From: Hormiphora californensis
Lineage: Eukaryota; Animalia; Ctenophora
Assembly (NCBI GenBank): GCA_020137815.1
Contig: CM035360.1
Location: forward strand, 6,324,001-6,388,000
Direction of reading: 5' to 3'
Length of the DNA stretch: 64,000 nucleotides
The notes under the pieces are model-generated. The model did not search any database. It saw only the letters and a program-made list of their open reading frames with translations, and was not told where the DNA came from. Positions 1 to 10,190 of this stretch are shown here, in pieces. The stretch's first letter is position 1; each line of letters starts with the position of its first letter. A program made the translations under genes and the position numbers.

Positions 1-16
1 AGAGCGAGAGAGAGAG

Positions 17-83
<67 letters not shown>

Positions 84-85
84 GA
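1..85. repeat. (GA)n microsatellite
   Basis: Near-pure GA run. Similar GA/CT runs occur at about 661-770, 14801-14920, 16655-16730, 21398-21560, 39626-39698, 48785-48890 and 56610-56680. Confidence 0.95.
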
Positions 86-701
86 TAGGGGAGAAAGAGA
101 TCAATGATCCCTATGCATCTACACGAACCTGGTTACACACCCGTTCGTGTTTGCTCAATCCGAAAAGGTGAATGTTGGTTTTGCTGACTTGAGACTATCA
201 CTGTTTTCTTCAAACCATTTTTCTTTTTCAAACAGGGTCGAGCAAGACAAGAATATATCAACTGCATCAGCGCTGAATATATAAATTAGAATGGAGTCAA
301 CTTGACTGAATCGTTACTATAGCATATAATGTAAATCCATATGCATTAATGAATGCTCGACGCTCGTTATAATTTTGAATCACATAGTCCAATGTAGAAG
401 CGAGGATACGAATCAAGAAAGCGTGGACAACGTCTATTATAATTTCAGCCCAGTGAGAGTGGATAATACATTATATCCTGGGAAATCCAACATAAGTGTT
501 ACCGGAAAGCATAACTTTTAGAATTTAAAAAAGTATGAAACAAAAGGCCCAGTAAGATTCGACTGGTTGATATGCAGTAGTGTGTTGGCAAGATAAATTA
601 ATGGGCACCAGATGTTTCTAGGCGGGGTAGTTGGTGTGAAAATATCCTTTTCAACTTTTTATCTCTATCTCTCTCTCTCTCTCTCTCTCCCTCTATCTTT
701 C

Positions 702-773
<72 letters not shown>

Positions 774-1213
774 AATCAAGGGGTTTTCAAGGGAATTTCT
801 GAACTCTTCGAATAGAGGTTCCGTATGGAAATCTCTCTTCAGCTGCTTTATTCGTCCCTTCATCTCCATAACAGCGTTGTAAACACCGTTCACCAGGGCC
901 GTCTTCTCCTGTACCGCCAATGAGAATCGTCTCATCTCTCCTTGCATGGCCCTGATTAGGAACAAAGTGTCGATTGTTGAATCCCAATTACTTTTCGGTT
1001 TAAATAGATGTAAAACATGGTTAATTATAATGTTTTTGTAACTAATCGGTTTTTTTAGTATTACCTCATGAACTCTGCTAATGGCAGCATTTCCGGTTTC
1101 TTCAGCAGTCCGAGGAGATTTGCTGCCTTTTCTTTCCTGGCGGCCAGGGTCTTGTTCTTCTTCATCTTGCCCTTACTGGTTCTCTTCATAGCAGACATTG
1201 TTGCTATGTTGGT
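774..1213 (-). pseudogene. Displaced downstream exons (1213-1065, 951-774) of the hAT-like transposase
   Basis: A GT..AG intron (1064-952) joins in frame to give TNIATMSA...KAANLLGLLKKPEMLPLAEFMRAMQGEMRRFSLAVQEKTALV, resembling the hAT insertion-domain pattern (A.GLL..L...F.....LS..LQ). The first 25 nt are identical to 7964-7988. Confidence 0.6.
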
Positions 1214-1214
1214 A

Positions 1215-1707
1215 GAAGTACTCAGAACCAGAGGGCCATCTGGTATCGGGTATCCACAGACTACGACCGCTCCGAAGGTCCAAAACAAATCCACAAGATC
1301 CTGATTCTTGACCATGGTAACTCCACAAAGTTGGTCCAAAGGACCTTCTTGGGGCGGCGAATCCACTGTTCTTTAGGGCAGGGGCGTTCGGGGGCCTTGT
1401 TGGTTGATGTTGAGTCCAAAGGTACTGCTTGCTTCTCAGCCCTTCAGTCATAGGAGAGAAGAGTGGAGCCAAAGACGGCGGTGTCACTGTTCTCGTTGCT
1501 GTAGTTGACAAAACATCCTCAGCACTACTCACGCGAACAGCTTGAACATCATCCTGATCTCGAGCTGGATAGTTAAGCTCCCTCAGAGACTGCAAGGCAG
1601 TGTAGCGTATGGAAGGGTTTCCTTTGTTGTTTCCAGGATTCCCCTGAGAGAATCTTCGGCAGCGGAAGAGCTCCAAACAGACAGAGAAAAACTGCAATAA
1701 CTTTCAT
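1215..1707 (-). pseudogene. Papain-family (C1A) cysteine protease 5' part, frameshifted
   Basis: Signal-like MKVIAVFLCLFGA, then propeptide ...NAPALKNSGFAAP, then frame-hopping GVTMVKNQ / GSCG / WTFGAV matching the QxxCGxCWxF active-site motif. Many indels (decay or read error). Confidence 0.7.
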
Positions 1708-2112
1708 GTTGAATGATTTGGTGTTGGAAAAATATTTCTCACTTACATTTATACGTACAGGTGCACTCATACCGCCCAGATGTTCTAAGTAAATTGGGCT
1801 ATTGTTCATTTTGTCAGAAGTGAATATAATATTTCAATGCTAGTTTGACCAACTCTCTTTGTCTTGGCGTCTCTTTTATCCACCTCTGTCATTTTTACCA
1901 TTAAATGTGGGATTTTTAGTTACCCAGCCTTGGTTTGTGTGATTAAAACGGGTTATCTACTGGATATTTCCGGAGGATGTTTTAGCTCGTGTGCTAAAAA
2001 AGATCTATATAAACAGGGTTTAGAATTCTCGGATTTTAAATGGAACTCGAGCGGGCAAAATTGGCGTAACATTACGTCAGGAATCGTTACCGCACCTTCA
2101 TCTAACCAATTA

Positions 2113-2248
2113 CAGCGGATCCCAATTTACTGGGGATGCTCGGGAAAGGGTTTGTCGGTAAATCTGTGTCCTCGGTATATCGGGGTGAAAACCCTTAATC
2201 TAAGGGACGGAAGTGAAGTTTATCCTCCCGGAATCGGGGTCCCGACTG
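2113..2248. mobile_element. Tc1/mariner-type MITE (degenerate)
   Basis: TA-CAG(T)CGGATCCCAATTTAC...AATCGGGGTCCCGACTG-TA termini. A solo terminus TACAGTCGGACCCCGATTTA is at about 7308-7328. Confidence 0.65.
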
Positions 2249-2626
2249 TAATTGATATTGGCCCAGATATAACTAAGCTCAGAACCGGCTCAGAGAATTC
2301 TTTTTCAATAAAAATAGTATTATTTTCTCCATGAATGACGTCTAGAACTTAAAACAGATCCATACGTGAATAACCCGTTTATCACATGATACAAGGCTTT
2401 AAAAATCCCAACACAATGGTAATGACAGGGGGGGATGAAAGAGAAGACAAAAGAACAAACAGGAGTGGAGCCAAACTAGCACGTACTTAGATCTAATCTT
2501 CACTCGCTAACAAAATCCACAAAATCGAACAATAGCCCAATTACGTAGTAAAACATCTGGAGCTATGAAGAACAACTAGTATAAAAAAGTGAGTGAAAAT
2601 ATCCCCAACACCAAATCATTCAAACA

Positions 2627-2973
2627 ATTAAAGTTATGCAGTTAATCTGTATCTATTGGAGCAGTCTTTCGCTGCCGAGGTGCACTCGGATAATCCGAAG
2701 AGCAACAGGAAACCTTAGCTCTAACACTGCCTTCAAGTCCTCCGAGGGACTCGACTATGCCAAGCTCTGAGGATAGGATGGGTTCAGGCTGTTCCGAAAG
2801 AGCGCTGAGGAGGTTGTAACTACAACGAGAACAGTGACACCGCCGTCTTTGGAATCAACTTCTTCTCTTCCATGACTGAGGCTGAGAAGAGGCAGTACCT
2901 AGGACTCAACATCACCAACAAGGCCCCCAACGCCCCTGCTCTGAAGAACAGTGGATTCGCCGCCCCCGAGAAG
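2627..2973 (+). pseudogene. Second, inverted copy of the C1A protease prepro-region, truncated by a hAT element
   Basis: YNENSDTAVFGINFFSSMTEAEKRQYLG resembles the I29 propeptide GxNxFxDxT motif. NAPALKNSGFAAP is shared with the minus-strand copy. Similarity stops abruptly at 2973. Confidence 0.75.
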
Positions 2974-5900
2974 GCCCGGTGGCACGGGGTTTCAAAGCTG
3001 CCGGGAATGGCCGCAGGCCATTCCAAAAGTTGCCGATTTTTTTCACTTCTTCGGGTGGCCGAAGGCCACCCCGCGACCGGAGGTGGCGCGAAGCGCCACC
3101 GGAGGGAGCTTGGTGACGTCTTTATATGGGTGGCCGAAGGCCACCCCGCGACCGGAGGTGGCGCGCAGCGCCGCCGGAGGGAGCATGGTGTGGTTGAGCA
3201 GGGGGTCTGGGGGCCGGCTGAGGCCCCCAGCGGGGTGCAGGGGCGGAGCCCCTGCTGGGGGTCCAGGGGGCGAAGCCCCCGGAAAATTTTTGCGATTTTT
3301 AGGCCTTTTAACTCAATTTTACAGCAGGTTTTTACTAACATTTGCCTTTTTTACAGGACAACGGACATTTGACAATGGACATCGCTATTCACTGGACACT
3401 GCACAGAATGTTTACTGGTGTGACAACTGTCATGAAGTCATGATGAACTGTGAGCCGTGAGCCGTCAGCCGTGAGGTGTCTGGCTGGTGCTAGCAGACTG
3501 CATAATATTTATAACTCAATGTGGTTGTTACTTGTTAGTTGTTGGACAATGGATGCCGTGTTCAGTGTTGTGTTATTATATCAGTTATGAGTTATGACTA
3601 TAAAAAAGAACATTTTATATATATATTTCTTTTATAATTTTAATTCAGAAATCAGAGTTAATTAATGACCATTGTTGTACACTACATATGTCCTACAAAA
3701 ACTCAGTATTGAGTGTAGTGTACAATTTGTACTTCATGTACATCTGTGATACACGCTGGGCTGAATGAATCTTCGCGCGAAACGCGCGGCGTGCAAAATC
3801 GTACGCGCAATTTCATTTTAAAGATACCCGAAGCGCGCGCGCGTTGCCGCAGCGAGTGCGCGCGATGATTTCACAGCTTTAAAATCAGAAAATGTGAGTT
3901 ATGACAGTGGAAAATTTCACAAAACCCAAGTGTGAAGTAAAGGGTTATCACGAAAACCAAAAATAGACTGTCTGTACTGTATATATTTCTAAACTGTTGC
4001 TAAATTTTAGCCGGTAGCCTACCGCCGGTAGGCCACCCATCCAAAACCCACCCAACACTCCGAAATCCCATCTGACCTCTGGCCTCTGCAATGATACAGT
4101 AGGGGTTTTGGGCTTTGGCTGTTTTTTATTGCAGGTTGTTCAAAGATAAAGTGGACTGGATATTTGTGATGTGTGGTTATGCCAGACGCCAGCTGTACTC
4201 TGTAGACAATCTAATTGTAAAAATAATGGTGCCAGATGCAGATGAGCCAAAGGGATGGCCAATGCTATGGTGAGCTCAATAATCAAAGATGCATGCTGTA
4301 ACAGCATTGCTGTTAAAATTTAGACTTTTGAAAACTAGGCTGTAAGCTGTGGACACGTCTTTATTCTTTAAAGCACAATTTCAGAGCATTGAGCATGTCT
4401 CACCAGCATTAAAAGTACCGGGTACCCTGTGCCATGTTTGTGATTTTTACGAATGAAATAAGTAATTTAGTGTTTAAAACTAGCATGTAGGCTATAGCCG
4501 CGTCTGTAGAGCATGACTTGGCAGCATTTCACATTTGTGATATACACATATCATACAATATGTACAATATACACACGTGTACTTTGGATGAAGCATGTTA
4601 ATACTTAATTGTATTCACTATTCAATATCCATTATCCAATATTAATTGTGCTGAAATCATCTATATTTAGTGTTACCTGTTCTTCTTCAAATTAATAATA
4701 CGAAATCAATTTCCCTGTTTCAGTATTATAATTCATGGTATTAAAGAGGTGGAAATGTACATGTGGGTATGGAGGGGAGACAGGGGTGACCAGTAACCGC
4801 AAAAGAGAACATGCGTTATCAAAGGCACATCAGTAAGTTGAACTATAGCTGAGCCATAAATTAGCAGTTAGGTAGTAGGTACAGCATTTGAAAATTGTAG
4901 GGCGAAAGTAGATTTTCGTCGCTTAACACTGATTATTGAATTTTTCGCTTTCAGGGAAGGAGGCAAGCATGGAGGACCCGCTGAGTGGTCGGAGGTCCTT
5001 GAGGCGCTGCCTGCCACACAACGCCTATTGAATTTTGTTCAGCCTGAAGTCACCGAAGTCAACGAATCCATCCCTGATAGAGGATACAATATTTGTTTCA
5101 CACCCGCCTCGGTGACCCCGAGCCGTGAAAGACAGGTAAAGCTAGAGTTACAACTTGAAAATTGAAAGTGAACATCAAATGTGTAAATACTAACTTAGCT
5201 AATCTATAATCCATAATTCATAACTTAACAGATATTCCCGATTCCCCCAGGAACAAAAGCAGGAGAAGAAATCGGAGGAGACATTGGAGGAGGAGACATT
5301 GGAGGAGAAGAAATCGGAGGAGGAGAAACGTTTGGAGGAGGACACATTTGAGGAGGAGACATTGGAGCGGGAGGAGACATTGGAGCGGGAGAAGATATTG
5401 GAGGAGGAGGAGACATTGGAGCGGGAGTGGGAGAAGATATTGGAGGAGGAGGAGACATTGGAGCGGGATAAGATATTGGAGGAGGAGGAGACATTGGAGC
5501 GGGATAAGATATTGGAGGAGAAGGAGACATTGGAGCCGGAGGAGACATTGGAGGAGGAGCACGAGAACCTACAAAATGAGTTCGATGGGGTTCGAAGCAA
5601 GGTTTGTGAATATTGAATAATTTTTGTAGCCAATGATTAAACACGTACCTGGGATTATAATTAGTCTCACGCAGAGGGCATGTATATGTGAAAAGGGGCC
5701 AGGGTGTGTGCTATCAAATAACAAATTGCGTGATAATTTACACTGCCACATTTTCATTTTCTCTGGACGTTGTAAAGTTTACGTTACTTGTACTCAGATC
5801 TCAGTATTGACTATTGTGTGTGCTGCCTGCTGGAATTAAGATTTTCTTTGTTGATTCATATTTCATGATGATTGATTTTTTACTTCTACTTTCTAAATTC

Positions 5901-7988
5901 TAATGCTTTGCTGTCCCTAGATGTTGCAGCTAACTTTTGCAAATAATGGTGACCAGGGTGAGGAGCTGAGAGAGATGATGAGGCAACTTCTGAACACCAC
6001 TGCTAGCATCAATAAGAAGTTGACAATGCTTCAGAAAACAGCCCTGGCCCCTGCTGCAAGGCCTGCAACAAAAGGGAAACCAAGTTCTGCATCTACCCCT
6101 ACTTCCCTTGATCCTCCCACATTACGGGACGTGTACACGTGGGAGCAGTTATTCGAACAACCACTACCATACTCATACAATGTAAGTTGGGCCTCTATTG
6201 GTACTAAGTACTTAGTCGGTGACTAATTCACTAAATAGTAATTCCGTTTGATTCCATCCCATGAGTCATGATCCCAGATCCATCCTATGACCTATGTTGA
6301 ATGTTCTCATTTCTGATTTCTCAGGTGGCGGAGGGAGAGGATAGAGTTAAATGTACTCTTTGCCCAAGTGTCGCGGGAAAGACAGATGTGGGGTACCCAT
6401 ACCATACAGCCACTGTCGATGAAAAAGGTAAAAAAACAGCGAAGTTCTCAAAGATTCTCAGCATGTGCAAGGAACACGTGAAAACGGCATTACACCAAGC
6501 CCAGTTAAAGACATCGGCTGCGGATATGGTGTGGTCGGAGGGGATCGGGGAGAAGTTAGTGCGGTTGGTTTATGGCCACATTCTCAATGGAACGCCCTTC
6601 CGGTGAGTTGAGAAGAGTCAAGATACAGAGATGTCATTTTTCATTTTCATTTCCGCGACGTATTTTAATAATCATTTATTCTTTGTTATTTTTCAACGTA
6701 TATCACAATTGAGAGATGTTTCTAATTCCAGGTGTTACCCCCAAATGGTTGCTGTTATGCACAGGAATGGTGTGGATGTTGGTGTCACCAACCACTCAAG
6801 AGACCTGCCACCGAGGGTAGTAGAGGCGGCCTCTGCGGTGCTGACAACCAGTTACGTAACCTATTTCCGAGATGGAAAAGCAAAGCTAGGATTACCTCTG
6901 CCAATCTCCATAACGACCGATGGCAACACCCTCGGGACAGAGTAAGTGACAAATGACAATTGACAAGTGTTTTAATTTAATAATTACAAATACGGAGTAC
7001 CAGATATTGTAATTTGTTAGGTTACATTCTACAACCTGTTCTCACATCAGGCACCGGATGTGTACTGCCGTGCGGTATCTAAATCTCGAGCCAGGGCAAC
7101 CGCTCGTTGTGTGTGTGTACTCGGGCCATCCGGCCTATGTATCACACACCGGTGTTGGCATGGCTAAGCCTGTAGAAGATAGCCTGGTGGCATTTTTTGG
7201 CGAGGAAGCAGTAAAGGAGGGCATGATTGGAGGAACCTATGATGGTGCTATTACTGTGGCCAACGTAAGTTTTAGTCTATAGATTATCAGTGCTAAGTGC
7301 TAAGTAGTACAGTCGGACCCCGATTTAGGGACACCCTGTATTCACAACTCAGTCTCACATTCAATTCCCAAGTGTTATGTCAGAAAACTTAACTTGTCTT
7401 TCTTCAGATCTCAGTACACTTTACTGTCAAAGAGCCCGGTAGAGTTCTCATACAGTTTTGGTGTAGTGCACATGTGATGCAGGCCATTCTAGACAAATCC
7501 CTGGCACCACATGGACTGATCATGGCTAGTTTGAAAACAATTGATCAGATTTCAGAATTCTACAGGTAAATATGTAAGACCTAGACAGTTTTAATAGACA
7601 AGAATGAAGATCGGTGATCCCTTGCCAGTATCTTGACATTACCAGCCAGTTTTTTAATAATGGATTATAACTCATAACTCTCTCTAATCTCTATCTCCCA
7701 CTCCAATAGGACATCCTCGGCCAATCTGAAGGATCTGCTTGACACGGACAAAAACTGCCTCAAACCGGGAGGAAGGAAGGATATGAAGTTTCTGACTCAC
7801 GATTCCAACGTGTCCAACACCTTCCAGCGCAATAAAGAGGCCTACCTTAAATGTATGTGTACATTTAACATTTTGATGGTCGCCGGTCGGTTGTAGTTTC
7901 AGTATTTTTTATTGGTATGTGTAATTTGTTTTTTAATGTTAACTGAACTCAATTTCAGCATTGACCAACATAGCAACAATGTCTGCTA
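2974..7988 (+). mobile_element. hAT-superfamily DNA transposon, 5' portion, with a spliced transposase gene
   Basis: GC-rich hairpin subterminal region at 2974-3290. Exons at about 4955-5135, 5233/5251-5601, 5921-6181, 6325-6602, 6732-6941, 7051-7264, 7408-7565, 7710-7852 and 7959-7988 encode a CxxC...HxxxxxH zinc finger (CTLC..EHVKTALH), NHS, ISITTDGNT (first Asp), GGTYDGA (second Asp) and WCSAH (CxxH). No right TIR or TSD found. Confidence 0.75.
5275..5560 (+). repeat. Coding minisatellite (EEETLERDKIL-like, ~33-bp units) in the transposase N-terminal region
   Basis: Repeated gaggaggagacattggagcgggataagatattg lying between an AG acceptor and the GT donor at 5602. Confidence 0.8.
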
Positions 7989-8107
7989 AAATTACACGCG
8001 CAAAAGAAATCCAAAAGCTGAGGCATGCAGAAGCTAAACGGTCTGTCGCGTTGGATGAACCTAGAGCGCGGGAAAAACAGCAGCAATTCGTAGAAGGGAC
8101 CAGCTGC

Positions 8108-8136
8108 AAGAAGAAGAAGAAGAAGAAGAAGAAGAA

Positions 8137-8183
<47 letters not shown>

Positions 8184-8203
8184 AGAAGAAGAAGAAGAAG
8201 AAG
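8108..8203. repeat. (AAG)n microsatellite
   Basis: About 32 AAG units. Confidence 0.95.
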
Positions 8204-8204
8204 A

Positions 8205-9881
8205 ATCTAAAACAGGTCCCAATTCAGCTCTGCCACGAATTGCTACTGTGTTCCTCCGTCTTCTAAAACAGGTCCCTGTCCCAATACAGCTCTGCCACGA
8301 ATTGCTACTGTCTTCCTCCGTCTTCTAAAACAGGTCCCTGTCCCAATACAGCTCTGCCACGAATTGCTACTGTGTTCCTCCGTCTTCTAAAACAGATCCC
8401 TGTCCCAATACAGCTCTGCTACGAATTGCTACTGTCTTCCTCCGTCTTCTAAAACAGGTCCCTGTCCCACTACAGCTCTGCCACGAATTGCTACTGTGTT
8501 CCCCGCCTTCTAAAACAGGTCCCTGTCCCAATACAGCTCTGCCACGAATTGCTACTGTGTTCCTCCGTCTTCTAAAACAGGTCCCTGTCCCAATACAGCT
8601 CTGCCACGAATTGCTACTGTGATCCCCCGCCTTCTAAAACAGGTCCCTGTCCCAATACAGCTCTGCCACGAATTGCTACTGTGTTCCTCCGTCTTCTAAA
8701 ACAGGTCCCTGTCCCAATACAGCTCTGCCTGCCACGAATTGCTACTGTCTTCCCCCGTCTTCTAAAACAGGTCCCTGTCCCACTACAGCTCTTCCACGAA
8801 TTGCTACTGTCTTCCCCCGCCTTCTAAAACAGGTCCCTGTCCCAGTACAGCTCTGCAATTCGTGGCAGAGCTGTACTGGGACAGGGACCTGTTTTAGAAG
8901 GCGGGGGAAGACAGTAGCAATTCGTGGCAGATCTGTACTGGGACAGGGACCTGTTTTAGAAGGCGGAGGAACACAGTAGCAATTCGTGGCAGAGCTGTAT
9001 TGGGACAGGGACCTGTTTTAGAAGGTGGGGGAACACAGTAGCAATTCGTGGCAGAGCTGTATTGGGACACTAGGGACCTGTTTTAGAAGGCGGGGAACAC
9101 AGTAGCAATTCGTGGCAGAGCTGTAGTGGGACAGGGACCTGTTTTGGAAGACGGAGGAAGACAGTAGCAATTCGTGGCAGAGCTGTACTGGGACAGGGAT
9201 CTGTTTTAGAAGACGGAGGAAGACAGTAGCAATTCGTGGCAGAGCTGTATTGGGACAGGGACCTGTTTTAGAAGACGGAGGAAGACAGTAGCAATTCGTG
9301 GCAGAGCTGTATTGGGACAGGGACCTGTTTTAGAAGGCGGAGGAACACAGTAGCAATTCGTGGCAGAGCTGTATTGGGACAGGGACCTGTTTTAGAAGAC
9401 GGAGGAACACAGTAGCAATTCGTGGCAGAGCTGTATTGGGACAGGGGCCTGTTTTAGAAGGCGGGGGAAGACAGTAGCAATTCGTGGCAGAGCTGTATTG
9501 GGACAGGGACCTGTTTTAGAAGGCGGGGAAGACAGTAGCAATTCGTGGCAGAGCTGTACTGGGACAGGGACCTGTTTTAGAAGACGGGGAACACAGTAGC
9601 AATTCGTGGCAGATCGAGCTGTACTGGGACAGGGACCTGTTTTAGAAGGCGGGGAACACAGTAGCAATTCGTGGCAGAGCTGTACTGGGACAAGGACCTG
9701 TTTTAGAAGGCGGGGGAAGACAGTAGCAATTCGTGGCAGAGCTGTACTGGGACAGGGACCTGTTTTAGAAGGCGGGGGAACACAGTAGCAATTCGTGGCA
9801 GGCAGAGCTGTATTGGGACAGGGACCTGTTTTAGAAGACGGAGGAACACAGTAGCACTTCGCGGCAGAGCTGTATTGGGAC
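8205..9881. repeat. 62-bp tandem satellite with an internal orientation switch at ~8856
   Basis: Unit ctaaaacaggtccctgtcccaatacagctctgccacgaattgctactgtgttcctccgtctt. About 10 forward copies, then about 16 reverse-complement copies. Confidence 0.95.
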
Positions 9882-10190
9882 ATGTGGCAGGGTGAGGCTG
9901 TATGTCGTATCTGTAACGCGCTTTTGACCTAAAATTGGGTCGGAAGTTGTGCGGCTCGCGATGGTAGCACTTGCTAAATGCGCGGCTTTTCTGTATTTTC
10001 GGCTTATAATACGTATTTAATACGTATTAAATACATATTTGCGCGTGTATTTAATACGTATTGTTGCAAATAATACGTATTATATTCTGACTAGGGATGG
10101 GTACTGGGTATCGACTAGGTTTCTGAAGAAGCAGTATGATAACAATAGTAGAATTGGTTTCTTATAAAATATAACCTCCTTCACCAGTTA

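Noticed and set aside
2820-3460. Three overlapping ~170-aa ORFs
   Set aside because: Read-through from the protease propeptide into a GC-rich, stop-poor transposon end.
8205-9881. CRISPR-like array
   Set aside because: Units are contiguous 62-mers with no unique spacers, the context is eukaryotic and there are no cas genes.
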